NCBI GenBank assembly: GCA_976226885.1
Contig: OZ320314.1
Coordinates: forward strand, 34,348,001-34,412,000
From: Iphione sp. A-MEVVRFRX5
Taxonomy: Eukaryota
Length of the DNA: 64,000 nucleotides
Direction of reading: 5' to 3'
The notes under the pieces were generated by a model. That model saw only the letters and a list, made by a program, of their open reading frames with translations, did no database searches and was not told where the DNA came from. Made by a program: the position numbers and the translations under genes. The stretch's first letter is position 1, and every line of letters begins with the position of its first letter. Positions 1-15,000 of the stretch are shown piece by piece.

Positions 1-3000
1 CCACCCTTGGTTTGCAGAGTGGCCTTAGGCCAGAAGTTGAAATCCGAAATATCCGAAATCCGAACAAAATTGGCCTAAACAGTGATCATTCAGATTTGGT
101 GAACGTAGGGTATATTTTAGTGGGGCAAAGGTTTTGAAGGAATATTTTAGCAGGGGTATATATTTGCAGGTTAATGGTTTTGCTGGATACAGAATTGCAT
201 GAGGTATTGTTTCGTAGGAGGAATATTTTTTTAACGCTATACACCATCTGGCAATCCTTACACCACAAGTCATGCTGGTTACAATCTGGCAACACTCAAT
301 AAATTCACATATCTAAGACTATGAATTATATACCACTCCTGGAAGGAATTCTGAAGTACAGCTAATTGGGCTCTTGATAAAGATCAAATCTTGTCGGTAT
401 TACCAGAAAAAGACCGAAAATTCATGCTGCTAAGGCATTCACCGCTGGCTCCCACTGGGATCGAACCATTTTCAAATTAACCATAACGACTGTTTTGTTA
501 TTCAAAACTGATGTGGTTATTCCTGTTTCTTTCAGTTAATACGATCTGCGTACCTCAGCGACGCGGGCGTTGGGAGTGCCGGTTCTGAGTTGATTATGTC
601 TGATGAGCCACACCATCATGCGATCTGTCCCCTCGTGCAAATTATAAATGCATGGTGTGTGATCTCACGCCACCGATGTTTCAACCTCGCACAGACATTC
701 TACTAAACCGTGCTTGTATGCATAATGGCCATCCAAGCGTTTTCCTCTCGTCGCCGCGCGCCCGTCTCGCTCATCCCCCATCCGGAACCTTTCCTCACCT
801 ATGAAATATGCAGGAGCGCACAGGTGCTCGCACACTGGCGCCCCTGTCTCATGACAATCCTCCTCTCCTAATTAGGTGCGCGGTATTTGTTGACTAATTG
901 CTTTGTTTCTTCATCTGTACCCGGTCCGCTCCGTTCGTTTGTTCAGATGGACGCGGGTGCTGATCGCCACGTGTTATCTTGCGTCGTGTGGCATTTGCTT
1001 AATTGCCTTGGTATCCCAGTCAAAGGCTCCCACGCCTTGCCGGCACAGTGGTCCCGGGCCCTTGAGAGAGTTCGCCGGGCTCGCCTTCGTGTCCTCAGTC
1101 TCATACGGGACGCTAATCGTTGCTGGCAGCGTCGTGTATCTGTAATTCCTGTTTGTCCAATCGTATATTCGCTGATTCACCGTAGAATATGCCACACGGC
1201 CTGAAACTAAAGTTTACTGCCGTATATATATATAGACGAAATACGTCGTCTCTGGTAGATGCATCCATTGCAGGATTCCTTTACATTTGCGTTTCAAGAG
1301 CGCGCACGGTTTTGTGCCTAATTGTAGTCCAGAGAGAAATACGGAGGATAATTAGGAAGATCTTATAATACCAGCTCGCAATTTATTGCCAGAGTGTTTG
1401 TTAATATTAAATTTCTGCTGCTTCCACGCATACGCCAAATAGCGCGAATGTGGCAGTAGGTCATAATCGCTAATCGAAACCGAAGAACAAAAACGTTGCT
1501 AAGGTTTCCCGGTGAATATAGTGGCTGAGGCAATTAAGTTCGACCGTGAACTTTTTTGCTCTTTCGGTGGCTAAGAATCGCTTTCTATGATAAATGACTC
1601 TTTCATTAATGCGAAACCAGACTTCTTTCGGCTCGCTGTAATTAGGGTCTCGAGGAAAATTCGTGTGGTTTGTCAGAAGGCCATTAAAATCATTTAGATA
1701 AAGCTCTAGCTTTGAACGGATATTGTAGGAGGGCAAAATAAATACAATTTTTCGAGAGTTCATTAATAAGAACTGGTCGTAGGGGCAAAAAATACAAAAT
1801 AGATTCTCCTTTGAACCACTAAAAACATAATGATTTCTGAGGTCACCTTTCGCAACAAATCCATAGAGAAGTACATTTAGGACTAAGAGTCAAACCATAA
1901 GGGACTTTGTTTAAAAAGAAACACGGTCTTGTGAATTTAGCGATGGAATTTGGCAGTTTATCAAAGTATTAAAACGGTTTTGATTACACCGCAGCATACA
2001 TTTGAGGTTTTTATGAGATGTATGCTCTAAGATGTAAAACAAAAAAAAAGCTTTTTGATACGGTCAGACAAACCGGAGAAAACTGCTCTACGAAAGTAAC
2101 ACGGGAAGCCAGATAAAGGAAATATAGAATGACATGTCGCATGTAAATATAGACAGGCCTTGGCAATGGGTAGGATTTGCTGTGACATCCGTACTTGAGA
2201 TAAGAAGCATATAGAGGGTATCTCGGGCTTTCGTGCGCCTGCCCATCAAGCACACCGTATACATATTCATCTAACCACTCGCCCTAACATGCCAGTCAGC
2301 AATTCTATCCCCTTTGAAGCCAACTTATTCACAGGTAAGCCACTAACACGACGGCCCAATTTGTTCGTACTCGGTCGCACTGTAACCTCTCTGCAGAGGA
2401 ATGCATCGGAGAATGGGTTTAAAATCTCTAATTTGTTTGAATTCCTAAACATTGGAAAGATGCAACGGATTTTACAGAATAAATGCTTCAAGGATAATAT
2501 GAGGAAAGAGTGTTAATGTGGGGTTGTATAATGTACATGTAGAATACAATCTATTCACTTTTACATGTATTTATTGCTTTATGTCATCTTATTGTTCACT
2601 GAAGCAGAGTTATCCTATCCCACGACTTGGAGATGCTCTCAGAAAACAAACAGCTCTCAATTGATGGTTTGCGTTTCCACCTGCAATAAATTGCGGACAG
2701 CACTCAACCCTATTTGTCTACATGAAACCGTTTACGCAGAGATGGCGGTTTTCATTTCGCCGGATTAGTCCTACAGAACAGACCTACCAATACAGCATGA
2801 ATGGAAGCGACCCCATGGAGACGTGGGCACAGGGGGTCACACACCTGGGTCTCACCTGTATCGGAACCACTACCTAGCACACCTAACTGTGCTCACCGCA
2901 TGGTGGCACCAGAGAACGGACCTCTCTTTTCCTATCCCTTTGATCCAGAAGAAATCAAGACACGATATAAGGGAATCCTCGTGCTGTAGCGTGGTGGTGA

Positions 3001-6000
3001 TGCGTGGTGGGTGGTGGTGTTGGTGGGATGAGAGCCTACCGTTCCTCAACCATTTTATTCACACTCCGACATTTGTCCTTTGAAGTGTTTCGGCCGGTTT
3101 TAACATTAATCGGCAGACATGCAACTATCGAGCTTGGGAACGTGATGCCAGGCGGGAAAGTGGAGGGTGGATGGATAGGTGGGAGGGTGGGGCGCAAAGT
3201 CCGCGTGTGACATGCGCAAATGTGACGTGAGTGCGTTTCGTGTCCTTCGTCGGCCGTCTTTTTGTCTTGAATGGTATACAGCATACATAATAGAGTCCCC
3301 AGTAGAAACTCTCGTCCCACGCATGCATGTTTCTTTCATGTCGTACTTCAAATTCTAACCATGAGGATTTATTCACTAAACATGAGGCCAATTAGGAATG
3401 GTTGTCTTCTATCATATCAATATTAATAGGATGAGTTCATTAATAGGACGAGGTAATAATAGCAAGCTACGGACATTACGTCAGTTCTTTAATTTCTCAT
3501 GTTCCGCCAAGTGTATGATCAATATCAACAGTTTTCTATCAATTGACAGCTTCTTACGATCGCTCGTCTTCCAACCCCATCAGACCTTGCAGCTCTATTG
3601 CCTGGGCGTGTTTCGTGGCTTTTTACCTAGCCAGTTAAGGCCTCTACAAGCAATTACCAGCACCGTTTTCTTTCGAAAAGCTTTCACGCGATGAAACACA
3701 GTAAAACGCACTTCAACAATTAAATTCTTTCCAGGCCTTACCCAGGGACGGACTTTCCGTCGTAGGGAGATGTTTTCATCAAACGCGAGCTAGGTGCATG
3801 GGTCAGCGTTCATAAATAATTCATTTTCCTCCAGCCGTGGGACTTAACTTAAGCATGTCAGATGTTTTCCATATTTCACATTTAATAATCATGATGCCAG
3901 CCCGGGCGATGGGAAGCTTCCTCCATCATGCAATAACATGCATCATAATTAAGTAAATTGCCTCGTTACATGCTCTCTCGTGGGTTAGCAATATAGCATG
4001 CACTTACCTGCTCCGAGAGGCATTACTGATGTCCGTTCCGGCGTCCTATTCTCAATATTCGCATGGACGACGGCGGTTACCTGTCAACATTAGGTTGTGT
4101 TTTTTTTTCAGGCGTCACCGTCACAAGAAAAGGCAGAATACGGGATGGGTTGAGGCCATTCCGGCTAATGGTTTCGTAGGTCATGGGTCCTTCATTAGTA
4201 GGAGTGCGAAGCCCTTGGATAAATAGAGACTGTGGGGATGGCAGGAGAGGAAGCCCTGATACTTAGCCCAAGTCGCCTTTATTCACCCAGCAAAACCATC
4301 ATCATTCACCAACAACCGGAGTTCAAGCACGTTGGATTCTACCGCTGTATATACACAGATTATATTGCAAAAAAACAGCACCAGCACCTGACTGCGGTTT
4401 ATGAGCTTCCGCTGCCATTCTAAGAATCCATTGTGATGTTTGAAAGAAAACACTACGGAGGCACAGCACTGCTTCTGTACATGTCTTTCGGTAATTCCTT
4501 CATGAATATGGATCGCAGGTCGCTCCCCTAATCCCTCACTATTGACTTGTAATCTTCGCTATCTGGTACGGTGGTCGCCTTGTTGCAAAAGCACCTCAGT
4601 TCAACGTAACAGTGCTTGTACCTTCCAAACCATCCATCAAGCCCGTCCCCCATCCAGGGGCTGACGACCGCTTTCCATGATATATGTTTCAAATATGCAC
4701 ATACTGTACACTGTCGCTTTACCGCTTTCTCCTTGCAGCTGCAAGTAGGAAAGCGATATAAAGGAGGAACATGGAAGCACCGAAAACCACTCGGAAATAT
4801 ATACGTGTTTTCATAAATATTATGGAAATAATAGATTTGACAATCGTTTTGTGTAATCAATGCATTTAGGGCTTCATATCATGCGTATCGACTCGCTGTC
4901 GTCCAATGCCTTGGGGGCCTTTATGTATGTCTCCCTCCATACCAAAGTACACGAAATATCTATGATACGATTTAATTATCTGCAGCATAGAAAGTAATTC
5001 ACAGTTTTTATTAAACAAGGTTACAGCACGGTAAGAGTTTACATCCTCAGTTTGATGTATGCAGTGGGTCCTGTTGGGTTCTGCTTGTGACAGGAACCTC
5101 TCTCAGCTAGGGGGTCGAAAGGGCCCCCAGGGGGCAGGAATGAGCTGCTCGGAAAAATAAGGTCGACACCGATAGTGTTTTGAGGGGCGAGATAAGAGGC
5201 ACTCTCTGGGGAGTGATTCTCAGACACAGTGACATCCCTTATCACACCAGGGACGTCCCCTGCAATGACAGCTAACGACGTCATCGCAAAAAAATCCTCC
5301 AGCGAAATTTCCCGCTTCTATGGCGGGAGGCGGGTGAGCGGAGCAACTTGCTGCTCTTAGAGCGAGGCAGGAGCGGACGCCTGGTCCAGAGCAGGAGCGG
5401 CGATCGTGCCCTGGGATCATGCAGGACAGTGTCTGAGACAGCATGCACGCAGGACCTTGATTAGACGTCACTTGCTCAGGCCACATTCTCGACCCTCCAG
5501 CCACCACGCTCCTCGCACCCACTGTCACCCGTCTTCCTTCAGTTCATTTAAGATGCCACCGTTACCAATAAGGGTATCAGTAAGAGCCCTCCTTCTCAGG
5601 CTACGACCAAAGAATTGTTTGTGGCGCTCTACATGTCTCCAATATTGACCTGTCAGTCCAAACAGTTCCTCTTATTTGCGGGGATATAGCAGTGAGGATC
5701 GCTCGCAGACACCTCCACGCCCCTTTGGTTGGTATTGCCTCTGGAGACAGCGGGGATATTACCAACATGGAGGAGCTGGTTCGAGAGCCATACCCTTCAG
5801 GTTGGGATCTATTGGCTTCCACTTAAATTGCTCCCATTTAGGAACCGAGCCATATAAAACAAAACTGGTCAACTTAACAAACTTTACATAGCAGATTGGA
5901 GCATTTAAGAATCGATATTCATATATTTATGGGAGCTCGACTTCATTGTCTTTGATATAATTCACTCATCTGACCTCGACTTAGGCGTTATTTAGATGTT

Positions 6001-9000
6001 TGCATGTACGTCACGTTCAAAGTACTGCCTCACTCAGCGTGCAAGTAAGCTAGAGTCTAATTTCCATGAACTAATGAAAAAAAATTTGCACAGCATGTCA
6101 TCCAGCTGGATGGTGTGGCTGGTCCTTGCTGCATCCTCTGTTGAGAGGACCTGATTTCTCGCAGTAGTTATGCAGTGAACCACACTGACTTGATTCCTTT
6201 ACAAAACCGACAAAAACAAGTGTGCTTCGACAGAATTCGCATCCCACGTTTTGTTCCGACTTCCCCCCAACATAATGAAAAAGAAGACACACCAGCCGAA
6301 ATCCGACCCCCACCACCCAGCACCTTTCTCTCCTCCTTACCATTGACCCACCGCCATTCAAAGGAAGACTTTCGGTGACAGCAACTTAAGTATTCACTTC
6401 AGGATATGCACGACACGATTGCTTCAAGGTAGTAGATCGACACAATCCAACAGTGAGGCGAGAGCGGCGACTACCAGCCTGCTGGGACTGCTCAATTGTC
6501 ACCCTCCACGGCACCATTGTGAGCCACGTCCTCCAGCGCCGTTTATTATCGTCTCAATTGCCAGAGTCTTTTTCGAGATGAAGCGCCGGATGTCGTAAAA
6601 CACGCATTACAGAGCAGGATTATGGTAGACAAATGAGATGAGGTAATTGTTTATTCCAACTGGCTCGATAAACGCAATAAACGACCCCAGGAGTATCTGT
6701 CTCCTGCGCCATTCCGCTTCTACCCTCTCAATTCTTGTTACACAAAGCATTATTGTGCCCCAAAAATGGGAGGAATGTATTTGGGATTGTGGCTCCTGCA
6801 TCACTGTAAATAGAGCATGGTCTGTTTGATTCCGGATGGGTACTACCCAATGGAGTGTGGTTTGCTAAAAGGGAAGAAATCCATCTTCATCTCCTCATAC
6901 ATGCACTTCCAGGCGCACCTTCCAACGATCGTTTACATCTACAAACATAGGCTTGTACGCCATCGTACTAGACATTTAATAATAGAAAGCACTATATCCT
7001 CCATAGTGATCAGCTATTTCATCTTTTTTAATGATCTAGAGATTATGTGCAGAGGCAATGATATGAATTTTATATCTGAATAAATGGATAAAATGTTGAC
7101 TTTGCTGCATAAGTGTCCTAAGAGAATTACGCTTCCTTGCCTCGATAATATTTACTGCCATGAACTTAAATAGAGTTAACTGCCTCCTGACCGTTAGCGG
7201 TACATCACTTTTTCAATCAGATATATACGACCTCAAGAGCATGTAAATGTTGGAAGCAGATCAGAATATCTCCTGGGGTCATTTTTCTGTCGCTGACGGC
7301 CAGGCCAGGACCCTTCAGGCTAAGGAATGTTGGTCTACAGGCATGATCTCAATTAGTCACCACTGGTTCTCCTAGACCGCTGGCCATTACTCGGAGGAAC
7401 CAGCAGAAAGCAGACATCATGTGGACGCATGTGATGCCGCACTCGTCCCATCTATTTCAGACCGTGTCTTTGCATAGACCATGCGAGCCGTTTTCTTTAG
7501 GGAAGACAGCAGCTGTCCGGGCTCTGATGGCTGGAGTCCCCAGCAGCCTAGCACCCCTGGCCTAGCGCTACGCTGGCAGGCAGTGATTCAGGCCTGTGTG
7601 CCCGACGGTCCGGCTGCAGGCAAACACGCCCTGATGACTGATTGATTCTGTTGTCCTGTTTGGCCTGAATAAATATGAAAAGTGTCAAAGGCGTGCAGCA
7701 AATTGGGGCCCTAAGTCGCGACCATGAATGCTCAAATGTTCTCGACGCTGTGGTTCGAGCAACTTGAGCAAAGAGTCAATGATGCCCTCTCTTTTCCAAC
7801 TTACTCGCTAAGATTCTCCTTGAAATTGGAAAGAACGGCACGTTTTAGAATAATTAATGGCAAGGTTTGACATTTGTTTAGGGTGGTGTCTATAACATGG
7901 ATCTACACTGGTCTAGTCTGTGGCATCGTGATTTCCGTTACAGTTAACGTGGTTCGCCCATTCATAATTGCTGGTTGGATAAAAAAAAAACTGATGTTAA
8001 CAAATGAATTAATCACTGGCAAGGGGTATTGTGGTAAACAATGGCAGAATTGGCGGCTCATTTAAGTTGGGATCCATCGATTGTCACAGAGAGTCACTCA
8101 TGTGGGATATTCGGGCGCAGTATGATAACGATCAACGAATCGTGAGGAGCCAAGGGGAAATTCAATGAGGGAAGGTTGATGGAAGGGAACGGCCCATGCT
8201 TGCCTATAGCAGTGGCGGGACGATTCCTTAACTAGATAGGATCATCTGGCTGTCAGTTAAGGCCAGTGCTCGGATCGCTGATCAGCCTACGGCGACTGTG
8301 GTAATCGCTCAAAAGCGGGGACAGATGTCAAGTGAGACTACTGAGTCGTGCTGCAAGTGACACCCACTGCAATTCGGCGCACGGTCCGCGAGCCTGTAAA
8401 TAACCAGCCAGAGTCAATGCCGCTGGAAATTAAACCTGATTACATTACAACCAAGTGAACGGGCCTCAGACACTTCGCTGTGTTCTGTGATATATAGACT
8501 TCGCAGCGCAGACAGCCATTTGAATTAGTTCCCTCTTACATAAACAACTGCCACAAAACACCAACGCGGCTGGAGGGTATTTTATCCCTTGCCACAGAAT
8601 AGAGCCGCATGGTTTATCTATCTGTCAGGGATTTATGGACCGTAAAAGGATGAAATGTTACTTTAAACCCAGAAATGTGTTTTATAGTGTTTGCTTCCAA
8701 CATCAAATCCATGATGAAGAGCCTCCAACAGTAAACGATTACCATCCTCTTAATTCATATGATAAATAAAAATATGAATATAACTAGTACAGGGTATTAA
8801 AAAAGCGCACTCTAGATATAGCAAGAAGAATAACGATAAAAAGTGTAGATTCGAAGTATCCAATTTTGCTTGTCTCAGAACTTTTATTACATTTTTCCCA
8901 AAGAAAACATGGAGTTTTGTGTTTAGAATAAGGTGTGAGAGAATAATTACATCCGAATATAGATTAAATTATGCACTAATCAATATCGTCTTTAGCTTGC

Positions 9001-12000
9001 AAGAAATAAAATGATAACGCAATTCGTCTTTCATGGTTAGCCCTTTTTTGTTCCCAACTTTTACTTGCAAAAATGGGAGAAAGAAATTCGATCTTCTAAA
9101 CGACCACGCACTTACCTTACAAGCTTAGTGTGCTCCATTCGTGATCGTATAAAGTCTGGTAAGAGTGGGCACCACAACAAGGCCCAGGACCATAGCACAG
9201 CATCTCGGCTGGTATACTGTACCCTTGTGGTGGCGCCTGGGCAAATGGAAGCAAATTATATTTCCTTCCACAAATAGAAGGGAATTGGCGTATCAGCAGA
9301 GAGCAAACGCTCCTCTAATGGTACCATGGGACCAAATAGCCTGCAACCTTGTGTGCTTTGTTTTAGCTGTTCCTCGCTCCTCAGCAAGTAAATGTTTAAT
9401 GGACATAATTAAAAGTACACAAAGTGGGAATGGGACATATGTGACACTGACCACTAGCGAGAAGATGTAGACAAAGGGATGGACCGAAATGTGGAGGCGA
9501 CATGGTCACAAGGTCGGGAACGGCCTATATGGACGTCTGACCGGTTCTTGGGTTGGGTATGGAAATCCACGCACATCTCGCATATGTATCAGTAGTGCCG
9601 TCCTTCATATACAAGTATTTATATAACCAACGTCAATGTACACCGGGGACGAATTCTTTGCCAACGTAAGTAATAAGCGGGCCCTCCCGGAATGTTTAAT
9701 TGGCTTTAGTAAAGAGTCCTCTTCAGAGTTTAATTCCGCATTGTATGCTCTCGCTGCAATGCAGTGAGGCTTTATATACCTAATCAAAATATATAGCCAG
9801 CGCTTTATGTGGAATTGCCTGGTGCATTTTTTTTCGTCCTAGGGTAAAGAACGTATGCTAATATCATGGGCTTGCTAATCTGCGACATCTCTTTTAGAAT
9901 GGACGTCTCATTCCAGCCACGTGCCTCGGTTATATTCAAGTGAGGCTACGTAGACAACGGTGAGCCGGACTAATTCCTCCCTTAATAGGATAAAAGGGTT
10001 AGAACGTAGGCCGGGCGTGTGATGTATGCACACACCGTGGAGCATACCGGCCACGCTGACGGGGTCTAATTAATTAGTTATCCTTACAAACATCAACTGA
10101 AATGAAAACCCAATCAAAAATCCAATTCCATTAGAGCGCCATATGGGATGGCATGTCGAGAGACTCATGCGAAATAAAAGACAATTCGTTAATCACCGCG
10201 GGGGTTGGCACATACTTCTTAAGTAGGTAGTGGCTTTCCCCAAAGCCATGTGGCTGAGAGCAGCTCGGACGCCCATGAGCCACTCATTCCTCTAGTGATA
10301 GGGCCAGAGAGCGACCTGCAACATTCTGCTCGTAGTCTAGTCGCCCATGGTACAGCATGGTAATGGCCATGTTATGTCAGTGCGTCCCTGGTTCCCACCC
10401 CGACCCAGCGCGTCACTGGCCGACTCCATCTCATATTCCATTATGCTAAGTGCTATCCTAGAGGCTAGGAATACTAACACTTGACACATTTTCCATAAGG
10501 CAGGACCGTCTGCGTCGGGATATTGTAAATATTGCAACAAGTCGGGTACACAAGAGTGATTTCAAAAGTAAACACTCCAAATGGACAATTTCCCCTTTAT
10601 GAAAATTAAAATTTGAGAGCAATCTATTTTCCAATATTTGTTTTCTATATTGTTACATGTTAATCTAAATTATACTCGGCTGAAACACGTGTTCCACTTT
10701 TCCCGCAGAACGCATTCCACCATCTATTCGGATCCTGGTTGCGATGATCAGTCTAGACCCCAGGAGAGCCTCACTGCAAAAATATTAATGAAAAGAAATG
10801 ATCAATCCCAGAAGTTTTCTTTCATATGCTTCTTTTTGCCATAAAACTCTCTCAGTGCCTCTCTCATCGTGAGCTGGGTGTATATTTACCGGATCGTGCA
10901 AATCGATAAGGTCATGAAATATTGACAAGATCCATAGACTGCATGAGCTGATCAATCACAGATAGAAAACACTGTACACAACCAATCAGGACGCCCGATC
11001 AATGAATAACTGCGTTTGTCTGTCCGCCCCTCGCCCCTCGTTCCTCTATACTTCATACCGTCCTCATCTGAAAGCTCGACCCGTCCACCGATGTCCCTTT
11101 TCTGGAATAGTCCCTTGCACCTTCATCGCCAAGGACGCCTCCCTTGTCGACCTGCCCGGATCGGGTCGAAAGTTCCTTTTGAACTAAGCTGTGCGACGGT
11201 CCCGTGCATTTGTCAAATATAAGGTCATTCTTTGGTTCGAGACCAAAAAAAGGGAGCTGCTTTGGGTGAATCATGCCGACAGTGCTGTAATTTGCGTTCT
11301 GTCGCGTCACTGCTGGCAATTCAGTTGCCACCAATAATCCCGTTTTTGATGCAAGGATAATGCATAACTCTCGAAATGGTGGAACGTGGCTGCCATGGCT
11401 TTTGTGCCTCGTAATGGCCTCTATTAAATTCCACTTGGAGGCGGTGAAAGATATTTTACGGTGAGATACCTTACGGGTGTTGTTTAATGTACACATTTGA
11501 AAATAGAGCAGTCTACATGCTGTGGCATGCGAGGTGAACAGCGCCAGGACTGATCCACTGAACCGTGTTGAGGAACTCGTGACGTCATTGGGTTAGTGCA
11601 GGCAATTCGATTGGCAAATGACACGCAACAGTGACGTGCATAAAGAAATCATTCGGCAGTCGGTAATCATTTCATAATCCATAATCAAAGAGAACTTATC
11701 CCATGTCTAACGTCAATGGACCCCGTTATTGCAGTGGCGGCGGACTATGAGGTGAGGGTCGTGTAACCTTCACTCCCTCTTAGCCAGATAAAGGTCAAAA
11801 TAAATGTCATTTCCGCATTGTTAATGAAGAGGCGAATTGAAGCGGTTCTTGTCAACAAATGACCAAGATATTGAGGGGGAAATATCGGACAATGATAAGG
11901 CGCGTGCAAATGCCTTTTGATCAGGAAAGAAGAAAAGGCCCTTGTACGGGAAAGTTGTTTATGAAGTGCCAAGTAGGAGAAACTTTCTCTGGACAACGAG

Positions 12001-15000
12001 GTAACCATAATACCAAAACTACCCTCGGTGCCACTTTCGTATCCATTGTGTTATGGGCAAATGCCAAACTCCCCTATCAACTAAATACCTCTTAGAAAGA
12101 CAACAGCTTCAAATGGTCACATGACCAAGGCTATCTAGGGCCATAATGTGACTGCCCATCAAAGCGGCGGGATGGCTAACGCTGCAGAAGAAACACGTGG
12201 GAAATTAGTGAGTGATCAAGAATGGCTATCTACGTCCGCGCCCGCTGATTTGTTGGGAAAACTCAATTTTCTACCAAAATAAATGCAGCTTGCTGTGCAT
12301 CCAAATGAGCTCGTCAGCCGAGAGAAACTTTACTGCCTCTCTGCCTGGATGACATTCGGAATTCCTCAAGAACTTGAGGAGGTATTTTTTTTTCTACGTT
12401 TTCCTTCACTTCTTTGCTCTGTACGAACGTTATGGCTAAGATGGAGTGGGACCTACCGCACCAGTATCATGGAAAACAAAATGGATAAGAGTGTACCTCA
12501 AATGCATATAACATTGTACAGCCGCGAGAATCCAGCAGTTTCAAAATGGCTTCTGGATATGTATTACTTATAGGGAAACACCTCCCCCCTTTCAGACGTT
12601 AGATGGGAACACAGACCTTGATTAAAACTCTTATGGTCGCCGCTAACACCTGGTTCCCATAAAACAGAGCCGGCCATTGCAGATTGTCTATCGGCAAGGA
12701 CCAATTATAACGACCAGGGATGTACAGCCGTCGTTGTGCCATAAACCAGAGCAGATGGTAGTAGGCGCGATGTCGGACGAGCCGTTGTGAGCACCTCTGT
12801 CACGTGATATAGAGCGCATTGGCCGAGTAGCCGTTAGTTGCTTTCAGACAACATCGTGGCGGGCCGTATAGTCCCACTGTATTCCACTCAGTCCGCCAAC
12901 ACTATTTGACCAGTTTGAGACTAAAACACCCCCAGTGTCAAATATTATCAGCGTTATCATCACTCCAATGTTTGCTCTGAATTACCCCTAACGAGTGTAT
13001 TATTCGTAGCGAAAGTATGAAACGACAGTAAAAAAAATACATCACGCAAGTTTCTGATCAATTAAACTGAGGCTAGGAGTATAAAGGCGGAACGGTACGA
13101 AAGAAAGCATGGCGGCACTACAGCCTATTTGTTGCAAGAAAACGCCAGCGTTTTGGAGCTAAACGAACTAATTATACGGTGAATGACTTTTCCAAAATCA
13201 TAATTGACTTGTCTAGCGGGTGCGCCTTCTGCGCAATAGGCAGTTGACCTTGCGAGTTGCAGCTCGTGATCACAGGGGGGCGCTGGGATCTTTGGCTAAG
13301 TTCTGGTTTTGTATTGGGATGTGCGATGCACGCGAGTCTACCGAGCGGCCGGCCGTGGTCTCTATCTCCTTGGCGACGCCCAATTTATGAGTCTACATTG
13401 TGTTTTATGTTGTCTCCATGCTATTCAGCGGCGCCTGAAGCAGCCACGATGGCGGGGACTTGAGGGGCTGCTTCCAGTGCTCGCACCGGCTCTTGCCATT
13501 GCCTTTCTTGCCGGCAGGAGTCTGAGTCACGCCGGCTGCCCGTTCGAACACCGGCCTACAGTCGAGTTTGGCACCAGTGGCAGTCGTAGTCACAGTAAGT
13601 GCCCGATCGCATGATGCCAAGCAGTAATGAAATGTGTACCTCTCATTGGCGGGACAAAGGCCCTGTGGCATGGCCTGAGTAGTAACAGTGGCCCAGTTTG
13701 ACGTGTTTGAGTTGGAACGGAGAGCAGCAGATAGCCCGCTTTATGTGGGATGTGTTGCCGGCCGGGCCATTTGTGGGAGAATAGTTCCTAATGTTTTGTC
13801 TCGAGTCAACAATGAAACCACTGGACCAACGGTATAGTAAGGGTAGAAAACCAGACGTGTTTCTGATTGAAAGTAGTCATTTATTCAATGGTAACTGTAG
13901 CTACAACAGTGTATATCCTATAGACATAATTTTAAATTAGTCATTGAAACGATTAAATGTCACCTTAGGGAGAAGTAGTTTTTCGATGATTTTTGCAGAC
14001 ATCTGTCATGCATACAGTCAACCCTGGCATCAATAACTCAGTAAAAGTTTTGAATTTAGATTGCATTGTCAGATACAGGAAAGCTAAAGGGCGACTGAAT
14101 CGACGAAAACATCAATTAATCTGTAAGCGCTCGATAATGTGCTGAATCCACGCACCTTCATCACCTGCCACTTGCTCATTAAACAGTGAAATATTCATGT
14201 ACTGGGAAAAGTTCTTTCTTCAACCTTCAGTGCGACCCTCTTCCTATGGATCAGTAATACGCCGAATCAAAATTTTACACCTCGTGGTCGATTCTATGGC
14301 GGCACCTCTATACAAAAGTTCTCCGACAGCGCTCCTCAGCGGGCGCTATAGAGAAGTGATGCGCAACAGCCTGAGTCTAGTCTTTCTGTTTTGGTATGTG
14401 GGCAAAATGGGAACTGAGCCCATTGTCACTCGAAAGGCAGGTGGACAAACAGAATCCACTTTTTCGGGGGGGGGGGAAGGAAAGAAGGCTTCGTAAGTCA
14501 ACATCTCTGTTTTGATATTCCAGCAGGGCGTGCGACCTAGAAGGGATTCATTTGAAAACCTGAAGGAGTAGAGGCGGGTGTGGCAGTGTGGCAATATACC
14601 CTGCGAGCTTTTGCGATTTTAACTATTCTGTTTTCGTTCACCTTCGTGCTAAGTTACTTCGAACCGACCGCCAGCGAGTGGTTTCCAATTTTAGTCTGGC
14701 ATGATTTCTGCTTCACTGGCTATGAAAAGGAACTATGCAGTGTACTTAATCAAACCGATGATATTGACTGTGCCGAAGCTTTAACAGTTTTTGCATCCTG
14801 CCTTGATACATGCCAAGTCACTCGGTTCAAACACGTCGACGCGGCATCAGAGAGAGTAAATTATACAATGGGAGAGACTCTGTGATAAACATTGCATAAT
14901 TTCAATTCCACGCTGGAATGGCTACTGTATGGCCGCGGTCCAGACAAGGTAGAAATAAAACTCTCACGGAAGTAGTTTATACAAATGTCCCTGTCGGGAT

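Noticed and set aside
434-445. 12-nt complement to the 3' part of miR-124 (GGCATTCACCGC)
   Set aside because: Seed region absent and no hairpin; expected by chance given the many miRNAs compared.
457-467. Pol III B-box-like GGTTCGATCCC on the minus strand
   Set aside because: No A-box at suitable spacing and no cloverleaf; cannot call a tRNA or SINE.
14013-14024. TA|CAGTCAACCC, a pogo-like terminus similar to MITE copy B
   Set aside because: No matching opposite terminus or internal similarity nearby.
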